24,000 nucleotides of DNA from positions 12,770 to 36,769 of the forward strand of contig NZ_VTTM01000004.1 in assembly GCF_008364795.1 (NCBI RefSeq). The letters are read 5' to 3'. A program made the translations under genes and the position numbers. Shown in pieces: positions 7,932-17,658 of this stretch. The notes beneath the pieces were generated by a model. That model was not told where the DNA came from, searched no databases, and saw nothing but the letters and a program-made list of their open reading frames with translations. How positions within the stretch are numbered: the first letter of the stretch is position 1; every line of letters begins with the position of its first letter. This stretch comes from Azospirillum oryzae. Lineage in GTDB: Bacteria > Pseudomonadota > Alphaproteobacteria > Azospirillales > Azospirillaceae.

Positions 7932-8993
7932 ATGCCGAACCGCGACATGACCGGCACCGGCGGACCGAACCCGACCGGCTCCACCACCGGAAGTTCCACC
8001 ACCGGAAGTTCGCAGACTGGAAATCTCGCCGCCGGCAGCTCCACCCTCGGCAACAGCACGTCGGGCGGGCGCAGCGGCGTCGAGGATATCAAGAAGACCG
8101 TCAGCCGCGCCGCCGACGACGCGATGGCCACCGGGAAGGAGACGCTGGGCAATGCCCAGGGCCGTATCCGCTCCCTGCTGGAACAGCAGACCGGCCGCGC
8201 CGCCGACCAGCTGGGCGGAGTCGCCAACGCCCTCCACAAGGCTGCCGAGCAGCTGAACGAGGAGAATGGCGGCGTGGTCGCCGATTACGCCGAGCAGGCG
8301 GCCAGCCGCGTCGAGCGGGTCGCCGACATGCTGCGCGACGCGAATGTCGACGACATCGTCGGCGAGGTCGAGGGCTTTGCCCGCCGTCAGCCCGAAGTGT
8401 TCATCGGCGCCGCCTTCGCCGTCGGCTTCCTCGCCGCGCGCTTCATCAAAAGCTCCGGCGAGCGGCGGATGCACCGCACTTCGACCTCCAGGCAAGGCAA
8501 TGCGCACCCGTCGCAGTCCGTGCGCACCGCGCGTGGTTCCGCCTACGACACCGGCCGCGACATGAATCGTGACGTCGGCCGCAGCTCCGGCCCCAGCCGC
8601 GGCATGGCCGGCGGCATCGGCGAGTCCGTCAGCCGCAGCATGCCGTCCCACCCCGCCGACACGCCGACGACCGGGTCCTCCGCCGTCAACACCGGCAACC
8701 TGGCCGGCCGCATGGAGTCGGAGCGCGCTTCGGAGCGCCTGGGTGAACCGAAGCAGGCCGCCGGCCGCATCGGCATGCCGCTGTCCACCGCCCCGGCCTC
8801 CGTCACCGGCCGCGGCACCGGGGCATCGCCCGATACGGCGCTCGGCACCAGCACCGTCGGCACCCCCGGCAGCACCCCGGGCGGCACGACCGGCGGCGCC
8901 GGCAGCGTCATGAACTCCGGCACCACCGGCGTCGGCGGGACTCAGGGCGGGACCACCTCCTCCACCTCCAAGCCGCAGGGACAGCGTCCATGA
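7932..8993 (+). CDS. Membrane-anchored protein of unknown function: disordered G/S/T-rich N-terminus, helical domain, one TM, long disordered S/T/G/P tail. It resembles proteins annotated 'nutrient deprivation-induced protein'.
   Basis: Track ORF 7830..8993. I prefer ATG 7932, preceded by a strong RBS AGGAGGA. The helical core is ...DIKKTVSRAADDAMATGKETLGNAQGRIRSLLEQQTGRAADQLGGVANALHKAAEQL... The membrane segment is RRQPEVFIGAAFAVGFLAARFIKSS. About 170 low-complexity residues follow. Confidence 0.8.
   Translation: MPNRDMTGTGGPNPTGSTTGSSTTGSSQTGNLAAGSSTLGNSTSGGRSGVEDIKKTVSRAADDAMATGKETLGNAQGRIRSLLEQQTGRAADQLGGVANALHKAAEQLNEENGGVVADYAEQAASRVERVADMLRDANVDDIVGEVEGFARRQPEVFIGAAFAVGFLAARFIKSSGERRMHRTSTSRQGNAHPSQSVRTARGSAYDTGRDMNRDVGRSSGPSRGMAGGIGESVSRSMPSHPADTPTTGSSAVNTGNLAGRMESERASERLGEPKQAAGRIGMPLSTAPASVTGRGTGASPDTALGTSTVGTPGSTPGGTTGGAGSVMNSGTTGVGGTQGGTTSSTSKPQGQRP
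7980..8009 (+). repeat. Perfect 15-bp in-frame tandem duplication (TCCACCACCGGAAGT x2)
   Basis: Read directly. It encodes STTGS-STTGS in the disordered N-terminus. Confidence 0.9.
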
Positions 8994-9415
8994 GCGCCGC
9001 CGAGAACCGCTATGACGAGCCGCGGGATCCGCGGCAGGACCGGCCGCTCGCCGGCCTGTTCGCCGACCTCGCCCGCGAATCCGCCAACCTTGCCCGATCC
9101 GAGATCGCGTTGGCGAAGGCCGAGCTGACCGACAAGGCCAGCGAGGCCGCCGGCGGCGTGGCCTTCATCGCCGTCGGCGGACTGATCGCCTTCGCCGGCG
9201 TTCTGGTCCTGCTTGCCGCCGCGGTTCTCGGCCTGTCCAACGTCCTGGCCCCGTGGCTGTCCGCGCTGATCGTCGGTGTGGTGGTTCTGCTGGTCGGCGG
9301 CATTCTGGCCTATGTCGGCAAGAACCGGCTGAGCCCCGCCAACCTCCGCCCCCGCCGGACGATCAACACGCTGGACGAGGACAAGCGCTGGGCCAAGTCC
9401 CAGCTTGCCCGCTGA
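8990..9415 (+). CDS. Holin-X / 'phage holin family' (former DUF1469) type small membrane protein
   Basis: 141 aa. Its ATG overlaps the upstream stop (ATGA at 8990-8993). The N-terminal amphipathic helix is LFADLARESANLARSEIALAKAEL. Two long hydrophobic helices follow (GGVAFIAVGGLIAFAGVLVLLAAAVLGL and LSALIVGVVVLLVGGILAYVG), then RLSP..L.P..T. This is the family architecture as I remember it. Confidence 0.85.
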   Translation: MSAAENRYDEPRDPRQDRPLAGLFADLARESANLARSEIALAKAELTDKASEAAGGVAFIAVGGLIAFAGVLVLLAAAVLGLSNVLAPWLSALIVGVVVLLVGGILAYVGKNRLSPANLRPRRTINTLDEDKRWAKSQLAR

Positions 9416-9426
9416 GGGGCCGGCCG

Positions 9427-10434
9427 ATGACGGACGACGTTCATAAATCAGCAGCGGGTCCGCAGGATCTCGACGCCCTGGAGGGCGACATCCGCGCCAG
9501 CCGCGCGCGCATCGGCGGCACCGTCGAGGCGCTGCGCGACCGCAGTTCCCGTCTGCGCGACAGACTGACGCGGTGGTCTCCCCAATCCCTGATGGAGAAT
9601 TCCATGAAGCACACCTATTCGCCGTCGCAACAGTCGGACCGCTATGAGAGCGGCCAGACCGTCCATTCCCGGCAATCGCACTCGTCGGGATCGATGCTCG
9701 ACAGCATGACCAGCAATCCGATCCCGCTGGCCCTGGTCGGCATCGGACTGGGCTGGCTCGCCCTGTCGAGCACGGGCTACGACCGTCGCATCGCCCGGTC
9801 CAGCACCGTCCGCAACGCCCGCCACCGCATGGGCGACGCCGTGGACTACGCCCGCGAGTCGCTGAGCGACGCCACCGACAGCGTCCGCCACGCCGCCAGT
9901 TCCGCCTATGACAGCGCGTCGGGCGCGGTCAGCTCCGCCTACGACAGTGCGTCGGGAACCGTCAGCGGTATGATGGGCGGGTCGGACGGCGACCATGCGT
10001 CGGGCCGGGGCGACAACCGGGGCGATCTCCACGGCCAGCGGCAGTCTCAGTCCTATGCCAGCCGCGGCATGTCGCGCCTGTCCTCCATGGCGCCGTCGAC
10101 CGACCATCTGCGCCACCGCGCGCATGACATGTCGACCGGCTTCTGGGAACTCGTGGAGGACCATCCCATCGTCGCGGGCGCCATGGGCGTGGCGCTGGGT
10201 GCGGCCATCGGCGCCGCCCTGCCGGGCACCCGCTACGAGAAGCAGTGGGTCGGCGAGTATGCCGACGAGGCGACCGAGCGCGCCAAGGCCATCGCCATGG
10301 ACGCGCTGGACCGCGGCACCCGCGCCGCCCAGGCCGCTGCCGAGACGGTGGTCGAGTCGGCTAAGGAGGATGTCCGCGACGTCGTGTCGGAGGCCACCAA
10401 CGCCGCCCGCGAAGAAGTGAAGAAGCCGGGCTGA
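9427..10434 (+). CDS. DUF3618-type membrane protein
   Basis: Track ORF 9253..10434. I prefer ATG 9427, 11 nt after the upstream stop. The N-terminal signature is LDALEGDIRASRARIGGTVEALRDR (DUF3618-like L..LE.DI..TR..L..TV.AL). Hydrophobic segments are NPIPLALVGIGLGWLALSS and HPIVAGAMGVALGAAIGAALPG. The C-terminus is an Ala/Glu-rich helix. Confidence 0.8.
   Translation: MTDDVHKSAAGPQDLDALEGDIRASRARIGGTVEALRDRSSRLRDRLTRWSPQSLMENSMKHTYSPSQQSDRYESGQTVHSRQSHSSGSMLDSMTSNPIPLALVGIGLGWLALSSTGYDRRIARSSTVRNARHRMGDAVDYARESLSDATDSVRHAASSAYDSASGAVSSAYDSASGTVSGMMGGSDGDHASGRGDNRGDLHGQRQSQSYASRGMSRLSSMAPSTDHLRHRAHDMSTGFWELVEDHPIVAGAMGVALGAAIGAALPGTRYEKQWVGEYADEATERAKAIAMDALDRGTRAAQAAAETVVESAKEDVRDVVSEATNAAREEVKKPG
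9898..9963 (+). repeat. 33-bp in-frame tandem duplication (about 27/33 identical)
   Basis: AGTTCCGCCTATGACAGCGCGTCGGGCGCGGTC / AGCTCCGCCTACGACAGTGCGTCGGGAACCGTC, encoding SSAYDSASGAV / SSAYDSASGTV. Confidence 0.85.
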
Positions 10435-10461
10435 CCTCCAGCCCGAGCTTTGCCGGACCAA

Positions 10462-10490
10462 CCCCGCGCCGCCACCGGCGCGGGGTTTTC
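10462..10490 (+). terminator. Rho-independent terminator of the three-gene operon
   Basis: Perfect 10-bp GC stem CCCCGCGCCG (10462-10471) / CGGCGCGGGG (10476-10485) with loop CCAC, followed by TTTTC. It begins 28 nt after the stop at 10434. Confidence 0.75.
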
Positions 10491-10688
10491 CGTATTCGGG
10501 GCGCACCCATCCGCGACAAACCGTCGCACCGCGGCGGGAATGTCGCGGCTTCGCTGTAGCGTGGTGACAGGAGCGGCGCTATAACCGAGCAGCGTTGACG
10601 GGTATTGCCGGCGCATCAGCCATGCAAACCCGCCAAACCGGCAGAAACCCTGCACTTTAATCGACAAACGCCCCTTGCCCCCCGAAGC

Positions 10689-10713
10689 AATCAGGACTAA
10701 ATTGGTCCTGTAT
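10689..10713 (+). promoter_or_regulatory. Candidate Rrf2/IscR-type operator: perfect inverted repeat CAGGAC-N7-GTCCTG overlapping a putative -10
   Basis: AATCAGGACTAAATTGGTCCTGTAT. The centre, GACT-AAATT-GGTC, resembles the E. coli IscR type-1 core GACT-RWWWY-AGTC as I recall it. A putative promoter is TTGCCC (10675-10680), 16 nt, CTAAAT (10697-10702). The site is 30 nt upstream of the Rrf2 regulator ATG at 10743. Confidence 0.4.
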
Positions 10714-10742
10714 TCGAAACCGGGGTGAAACGGGGTGCGGGC

Positions 10743-11213
10743 ATGATCCGGCTGAGCAAGCTGACCGACTATGCCATCGTCGTGTTGAGCGAGATGGCGC
10801 GCCAGGTCGGCACGGTCCATACCGTCGCCCATCTTGCCGACCGCACCGGCGTGCCCGCTCCCACCGTCGCCAAGCTGATGAAGGCGATGACCCCGGCGGG
10901 GCTCACCACCTCGCAACGCGGCGCCGCCGGCGGTTATGCGCTGAGCCGGGCGGCCGATGCAATCTCCATCGCGGAAATCATCACGGCGCTCGACGGTCCC
11001 ATCGCGCTGACCGCCTGCGTCGACGGTGCCGACAGCCAGTGCGGGGTGGAGCAACTTTGCCCCATGCGCGGCGGTTGGGAAAAGGTGAACCGCGCCATTC
11101 GCGGCGCGCTGGAGGAGGTGACGCTGGCCGACATGATGGCCCCGATCACCTTTCCGGCCCCGGCAGCCGCAACGACTTCCACAGCCGCCCAGCCGGCCCG
11201 CCCTGCGCACTGA
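10743..11213 (+). CDS. Rrf2-family regulator heading the suf operon (SUF Fe-S assembly regulator / IscR-like)
   Basis: Track ORF 10725..11213. I prefer ATG 10743 (MIRLSKLTDYAIVVLSEMA...). It has the Rrf2 HTH and a C-X7-C-X5-C cluster (CVDGADSQCGVEQLCPMRG), consistent with Fe-S ligation. It sits immediately upstream of sufB. Confidence 0.85.
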   Translation: MIRLSKLTDYAIVVLSEMARQVGTVHTVAHLADRTGVPAPTVAKLMKAMTPAGLTTSQRGAAGGYALSRAADAISIAEIITALDGPIALTACVDGADSQCGVEQLCPMRGGWEKVNRAIRGALEEVTLADMMAPITFPAPAAATTSTAAQPARPAH

Positions 11214-11258
11214 ACGGCGCGCACCGAACAGCATTCTTGAGAAGGACGAGGCAAAGCC

Positions 11259-12743
<1,485 letters not shown>

Positions 12744-12830
12744 GAGCCCCCGCCCACCAGAGGAAAACCGACAGAACGTGAAGACCGGACGGCGTGCCGG
12801 CGGCCTGAAGAAGACAACGAGGCGAAGACG

Positions 12831-13583
12831 ATGATCGAAATCAAGAACCTGCACGCCACCGTGGACGGCAAGGAAATCCTCAAGGGCGTCGACCTGACCA
12901 TCCGCCCGGGCGAGGTCCATGCCATCATGGGGCCGAACGGCGCCGGCAAGAGCACGATGTCCTACGTCCTGGCCGGCCGCGACGGCTACGAGGTCACGGA
13001 AGGCTCGGTCACCTATTACGGCAAGGACCTGCTGGCGATGGAGCCGGAAGAGCGGGCGGCCGAGGGCGTCTTCCTGGCCTTCCAGTATCCGGTGGAAATC
13101 CCCGGCGTCGGCAACACCACCTTCCTGAAGACCGCGATCAACGCCATCCGCAAGCATCGCGGCGAGAAGGAGCTGGACGCCATGCAGTTCCTGAAGCTGA
13201 TCCGCGCCAAGACCAAGGCGCTCGGCATGTCGGACGAGATGCTGAAGCGCGCGGTCAATGTCGGCTTCTCCGGCGGTGAGAAGAAGCGCAACGAGACGCT
13301 GCAGATGGCGGTGCTGGAACCGAAATTTGCCATCCTCGACGAAACCGACAGCGGCCTCGACATCGACGCGCTGAAGATCGTGGCCGAGGGCGTAAATGCC
13401 CTGCGCTCGCCGGACCGTTCGATGCTGGTCATCACCCACTACCAGCGCCTGCTCGACTACATCATTCCCGACTATGTCCATGTGCTGGCCGCCGGCCGCA
13501 TCGTGAAGTCGGGCGGCAAGGAACTGGCGCTGGAGCTGGAAAAGAACGGCTACCGCGACTTCGGCGCGAGCGAGGCGGCGTGA
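12831..13583 (+). CDS. sufC: Fe-S cluster assembly ATPase SufC
   Basis: 250 aa. Walker A is GPNGAGKST. The ABC signature is FSGGEKKRNE. Walker B is AILDETDSGLD. The H-loop is ITHY. Confidence 0.97.
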   Translation: MIEIKNLHATVDGKEILKGVDLTIRPGEVHAIMGPNGAGKSTMSYVLAGRDGYEVTEGSVTYYGKDLLAMEPEERAAEGVFLAFQYPVEIPGVGNTTFLKTAINAIRKHRGEKELDAMQFLKLIRAKTKALGMSDEMLKRAVNVGFSGGEKKRNETLQMAVLEPKFAILDETDSGLDIDALKIVAEGVNALRSPDRSMLVITHYQRLLDYIIPDYVHVLAAGRIVKSGGKELALELEKNGYRDFGASEAA

Positions 13584-14953
13584 TGACGGCGCAACATCCC
13601 TCCCCCCTTCATCCCATGACCTATTCGACGCGGGGCGCCGATCCGGCGACGGCGCCGGCCTTCCTGACGCCGCTCGACCACATGGGCTCCGGCCTGCCCG
13701 GCAGCGGGCTGTCCTGGCTGAACGAACTGCGCGCCGCCGGGCGTGAGCGCTTCGCCGCCGTCGGCCTGCCGACGATCAAGAACGAGAGTTGGCGCTACAC
13801 CAACCTGCGCGATCTCGCCAAGCTGACCTTCCAGCCGGCGGCTCCCGCCGCCGCCGCGATCGACCTGCTGCCGACCGTCCGGGCCGAGGGGCAGGACGGC
13901 CCGCGCATGGTCTTCGTCGACGGCCGCTTCCGTGCCGACCTGTCGTCGGTCGACGGGCTGCCGCCGCGTGTCGATCTGCTGAGCCTCGACGCCGCGCTGA
14001 GCACCCATGCCGGCCTGCTGGCCGACCATCTCGGCCGCCTCGCCGCGGCCGACGACCGTCCGCTGGTGGCGCTGAACAGCGCCTATCTCGCCGATGGTGC
14101 GGTCCTGCATGTGCCGGCCAACGTCCAGGTCGAACGGCCGATCGAACTGGTCTTCGTCTCGGTCGGGTCGGAATCGCAGGCGACCACCTGCCATCCGCGC
14201 ATGCTGCTGATCGCGGAGGCCGGGTCGAAGGCGGTGGTAGTCGAACACCATGTCGGCCGCGGCACCGGCACCACGCTGTCCAACCACGTCACCGAGGTGT
14301 TCGTCGGCGAGGGCGCCACGCTGCACCATTACAAGTCGCAGCGCGAAGGCGCCGGCGCCATCCACCTGTCGCACATCGCGGCGACGGTGGCGACCGGCGG
14401 CTGCTATGACAACTTCATCCTGACGACCGGTGCCAAGCTGTCGCGCAACGAGGTGGTCAGCCGCCTCGACGGCACGGAGGCGCGGACCCATGTCAGCGGC
14501 GGCTATCTGGTCCGCGGCACCCAGCATGCCGACACCACCACGCTGATCGTCCACGCCAAGCCCAACGGCACCAGCCGTGAGGTCTACAAGGGCGTCATCG
14601 ACGACACCGCCCGCGCGGTGTTCCAGGGCAAGATCACCGTCTGCCCCGACGCGCAGAAGACCGACGGCTATCAGCTGAACCGCGCCCTGCTGCTGTCCGA
14701 CGGAGCCGAGATCGACAGCAAGCCGGAACTGGAAATCCATGCCGACGACGTGAAGTGCAGCCACGGCTGCACCGCGGGCGAGTTGGACGACGACGCGCTG
14801 TTCTACCTGCGCGCCCGCGGCATCGACCGCGACACCGCCCAGGGCCTGCTGATCGGCGCATTCCTGTCGGAATCGCTGGAGGAAATCGCCGAGGAGTCGA
14901 TCCGCGACGCCTTCCAGGGGATCGTGGCCGGCTGGCTGGAGGAGCAGAAGTAA
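13583..14953 (+). CDS. sufD: Fe-S cluster assembly protein SufD
   Basis: The track starts at GTG 13580. ATG 13583 overlaps the sufC stop (TGATG). SufB/SufD-family beta-helix C-terminus (GKITVCPDAQKTDGYQLNRALLLSDGAEIDSKPELEIHADDVKCSHGCTAGELD). Position between sufC and sufS. Confidence 0.9.
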   Translation: MTAQHPSPLHPMTYSTRGADPATAPAFLTPLDHMGSGLPGSGLSWLNELRAAGRERFAAVGLPTIKNESWRYTNLRDLAKLTFQPAAPAAAAIDLLPTVRAEGQDGPRMVFVDGRFRADLSSVDGLPPRVDLLSLDAALSTHAGLLADHLGRLAAADDRPLVALNSAYLADGAVLHVPANVQVERPIELVFVSVGSESQATTCHPRMLLIAEAGSKAVVVEHHVGRGTGTTLSNHVTEVFVGEGATLHHYKSQREGAGAIHLSHIAATVATGGCYDNFILTTGAKLSRNEVVSRLDGTEARTHVSGGYLVRGTQHADTTTLIVHAKPNGTSREVYKGVIDDTARAVFQGKITVCPDAQKTDGYQLNRALLLSDGAEIDSKPELEIHADDVKCSHGCTAGELDDDALFYLRARGIDRDTAQGLLIGAFLSESLEEIAEESIRDAFQGIVAGWLEEQK

Positions 14954-14955
14954 CC

Positions 14956-16218
14956 ATGTCCGATGCCATCCTGAACCAAGCCTACGACGTGCAGCGGGTG
15001 CGAGAGGATTTCCCGATCCTCGCCCGCAGCGTCCACGCCAGGAAGGGAAAGCCCGGCAAGCCGCTGGTCTATCTGGACAGCGGGGCGTCCGCCCAGAAGC
15101 CGCGTCAGGTCATCCAGGCCATGACCCGCTTCCTGGAGGAGGACTATTCCAACATCCATCGCGGCGTTCATTTCCTGTCGCAGACCGCCACCGATCAGTT
15201 CGAGGCGGTGCGGACCAAGGTCGCGCGCTTTCTGAACGCGCCCAGCGACCGCTGCATCGTCTTCACCCGCAGCTCGACCGAGGCGATCAACCTCGTGGCC
15301 GCCAGCTATGGCCGCACCTTCCTGAACGAAGGCGACGAGGTCATCCTGTCGATCATGGAGCATCACGCGAACATCGTTCCGTGGCAGCTGCTCCAGGCCG
15401 AGAAGAATATCGTCATCAAGGTCGTGCCCTGCGACGAGGACGGCGTCCTCGACATGGACGCCTACAAGGATCTGTTGTCCGACCGCACGAAGCTGGTGGC
15501 GATCACCCACTGCTCCAACGTGCTGGGCACCGTCACCCCAGCCAAGGCCATCGCCAGGCTGGCGCATGAGCGCGGCGTGCCCGTCCTGTTCGACGGCAGC
15601 CAGGCGGTGGTGCACGGTACGGTCGACGTGCAGGACATCGACGCCGACTTCTACGTCTTCACCTCGCATAAGCTCTACGGCCCGACCGGTCTCGGCGTGC
15701 TGTACGGCAAGTACGACCTGTTGAAGAAGATGCCCCCCTACCAGGGCGGCGGCGACATGATCGAGAGCGTCAGCTTCGAGGGCACCACCTTCAAGGCGCC
15801 ACCGTCGCGCTTCGAAGCCGGCACCCCGCCGATCACGGAGGTGATCGGGCTGGGTGCGGCCATCGACTATGTCGAGGCGCTGGGCCGCGACGCCATCGCC
15901 GCGCACGAGCACGATTTGCTGCAATACGCGACGCAGCAGCTGTCGCAGATCGACGGCCTGCGCATCGTCGGCACCGCGCCCGGCAAGGGGCCGATCATCT
16001 CCTTCGCGCTGGAGGGCGTGCACCCGCACGACGTCGGCACCATCGTCGACCAGTATGGCGTCGCCGTGCGCGTCGGCCGCCATTGCGCCGAGCCGCTGGC
16101 CGAGCGGTTCGACGTCGGACCGACCGTCCGCGCCTCTTTCGGCCTGTACAACACGCGGGAGGAAGCCGACGCCCTCGTCCAGTCCCTCCAGGCGGTCAAG
16201 GAGTTCTTCGGAGCATGA
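14956..16218 (+). CDS. sufS: Cysteine desulfurase SufS (type II)
   Basis: Track ORF 14755..16218. I prefer ATG 14956, 2 nt after the sufD stop (MSDAILNQAYDVQRVREDFPIL...). The PLP-lysine motif is FTSHKLYGPTG. The catalytic-Cys motif is RVGRHCAEPL. Confidence 0.95.
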   Translation: MSDAILNQAYDVQRVREDFPILARSVHARKGKPGKPLVYLDSGASAQKPRQVIQAMTRFLEEDYSNIHRGVHFLSQTATDQFEAVRTKVARFLNAPSDRCIVFTRSSTEAINLVAASYGRTFLNEGDEVILSIMEHHANIVPWQLLQAEKNIVIKVVPCDEDGVLDMDAYKDLLSDRTKLVAITHCSNVLGTVTPAKAIARLAHERGVPVLFDGSQAVVHGTVDVQDIDADFYVFTSHKLYGPTGLGVLYGKYDLLKKMPPYQGGGDMIESVSFEGTTFKAPPSRFEAGTPPITEVIGLGAAIDYVEALGRDAIAAHEHDLLQYATQQLSQIDGLRIVGTAPGKGPIISFALEGVHPHDVGTIVDQYGVAVRVGRHCAEPLAERFDVGPTVRASFGLYNTREEADALVQSLQAVKEFFGA

Positions 16219-16682
16219 TGGACGATCTGCGCGAGCTGTATCAGGAAGTGATCCTGGACCACGGCAAGAATCCCCGCAACTTCCGCCATCCCGACGACGC
16301 CAATCGCGAGGCGAAGGGCGAGAACCCGATGTGCGGCGACCGCTTCATGGTCTATCTGACCCTGAAGGACGGGGTGGTCGACGACGTGGCCTTCCAGGGC
16401 CGCGGATGCGCCATCTCCACCGCCAGCGCCTCGATGATGACGGAGCTGGTGCGCGGCAAGAGCGCGGCCGAGGCGGAAAAGCTGTTCCACGCTTTCCACG
16501 AGCTGTGCACCCAGGACGAGCCCGACATCCCCGAGGGTGTCGACGACGAGACCATGGAAAAGCTGATGGTGATGTCCGGCGTGCGCCAGTTCCCGGTGCG
16601 GGTGAAGTGCGCGACGCTGGCCTGGCACGCGATGAACGCGGCACTCCACGGCGAGGCTGCGGCCTCCAGCGACCAGTTTTGA
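16215..16682 (+). CDS. sufU: SufU-type (NifU/IscU-like, zinc-dependent) sulfur-transfer protein
   Basis: Track ORF 16083..16682. I prefer ATG 16215, which overlaps the sufS stop (ATGATG). LYQEVILDHGKNPRNF, NPMCGDRF, GRGCAISTASASMMTE and FPVRVKCATLAW parallel B. subtilis SufU motifs from memory (YRQVIMDHYKNPRN, NPTCGD, GEGCSISMASASMMT, FPARIKCATLSW). Confidence 0.85.
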   Translation: MMDDLRELYQEVILDHGKNPRNFRHPDDANREAKGENPMCGDRFMVYLTLKDGVVDDVAFQGRGCAISTASASMMTELVRGKSAAEAEKLFHAFHELCTQDEPDIPEGVDDETMEKLMVMSGVRQFPVRVKCATLAWHAMNAALHGEAAASSDQF

Positions 16683-16698
16683 GGGAAGGGGGATCGAA

Positions 16699-17148
16699 AT
16701 GCCCGATGAAACCCTGACGCAGCGCCCGATCGCTCCGAACCCGGCCGAAGCCGAGGCGCAGTTGAAGGCCGACGCGGCGACCGAGGCTTCCGAGTCCAAG
16801 GACTTCGCGCCGATGCCCAAGCCGCCCGAGGGTTACGACCCGCGGGAGGAGATCATGGATCGCGTCGTGGCGGCCATCAAGACCTGCTACGACCCCGAAA
16901 TCCCGGTCGATATCTGGGAACTCGGCCTGATCTACCGTGTGGACATGGATGGTCAGCGCAATGTCGAGATTGATATGACGCTGACCAGCCCCATGTGTCC
17001 GGTGGCCGGCGAACTGCCGGAGCAGGTGCGCCAAGCCGTGCTGGGCGTCGAGGACGTCAACGAGGTCAAGATCGAACTGGTGTGGGAGCCCCCCTGGCAC
17101 CAGGGCATGATGTCCGAAGAAGCCCGCCTGCAACTGGATATGTTCTGA
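16699..17148 (+). CDS. sufT: SufT / DUF59 (MIP18-family) Fe-S assembly protein
   Basis: 149 aa with an RBS GGGAAGGGGGA. DUF59 core: YDPEIPVDIWELGLIY ... MTLTSPMCPVAGELP ... VWEPPW. The ~50-aa N-terminal extension is low-complexity. Confidence 0.8.
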   Translation: MPDETLTQRPIAPNPAEAEAQLKADAATEASESKDFAPMPKPPEGYDPREEIMDRVVAAIKTCYDPEIPVDIWELGLIYRVDMDGQRNVEIDMTLTSPMCPVAGELPEQVRQAVLGVEDVNEVKIELVWEPPWHQGMMSEEARLQLDMF

Positions 17149-17170
17149 GCCGTTTTAGGAGACCGTCACC

Positions 17171-17515
17171 ATGGCCCGTTCCCTGCCCAAGGCGCTCACG
17201 ATCACCGACGCCGCCGCGGAGCGCGTCAAGGCGCTGATGTCGAAGGCCACCGACGACATGGTCGGCCTGCGCATCGGCGTGAAGGCGCGCGGCTGCTCCG
17301 GCCTCAGCTACGACGTTCAGTATGCCAAGGAGAAGATGAAGTTCGACGAGGTGGTGGAGGACAAGGGCGTCACCATCCTGATCGACCCGGCCGCCGTCAT
17401 GTTCCTGATCGGCAGCGAGATGGACTATGTCGACGACAAGTTCCAGACCGGCTTCGTCTTCAAGAACCCCAACGAAAAGGGCCGCTGCGGCTGCGGCGAG
17501 AGCTTCCACGTTTGA
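17171..17515 (+). CDS. sufA: A-type Fe-S carrier (SufA/IscA/ErpA family)
   Basis: 114 aa. The motifs are LRIGVKARGCSGLSY and the C-terminal CGCGESF, giving the three conserved Cys. It is the last gene of the suf operon. Confidence 0.85.
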   Translation: MARSLPKALTITDAAAERVKALMSKATDDMVGLRIGVKARGCSGLSYDVQYAKEKMKFDEVVEDKGVTILIDPAAVMFLIGSEMDYVDDKFQTGFVFKNPNEKGRCGCGESFHV

Positions 17516-17549
17516 ACGGCGGTGATGCGCTCTCCCCCCTCTTTTAGTC

Positions 17550-17658
17550 CCCTCTCCCCCGGGGAGAGGGTTAGGGTGAGGGGGGTGCGTGGCGGGACCT
17601 TTGTGGAAGGCACGCGGTGCATCCCCCTCACCCCGACCCTCTCCCCGGGGGGAGAGGG
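17550..17658. repeat. Pair of REP-like palindromic elements in inverted orientation (nested hairpins); a likely bidirectional terminator between convergent operons
   Basis: Copy A is 17552-17585, CTCTCCCCCGGGGAGAGGGTTAGGGTGAGGGGG. Copy B is 17623-17656, CCCCCTCACCCCGACCCTCTCCCCGGGGGGAGAG. The reverse complement of A nearly equals B. Each copy also contains its own palindrome, CCCTCTCCCC/GGGGAGAGGG. It lies between the sufA stop (17515) and the pirin stop (17682). Confidence 0.7.

Noticed and set aside
8990-9415. A 'phage holin family' protein as a sign of a prophage or lysis cassette.
   Set aside because: There is no endolysin, spanin, terminase, capsid, tail or integrase gene anywhere in the window. 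The gene is translationally coupled to non-phage membrane proteins, so the family name is historical.
10510-10547. The 8-bp inverted repeat CCGCGACA ... TGTCGCGG in the 250-bp region upstream of the suf regulator, considered as an sRNA or leader structure.
   Set aside because: The arms are short and GC-rich with a 22-nt spacer. This is unremarkable in this composition, and I could see no promoter or terminator context.
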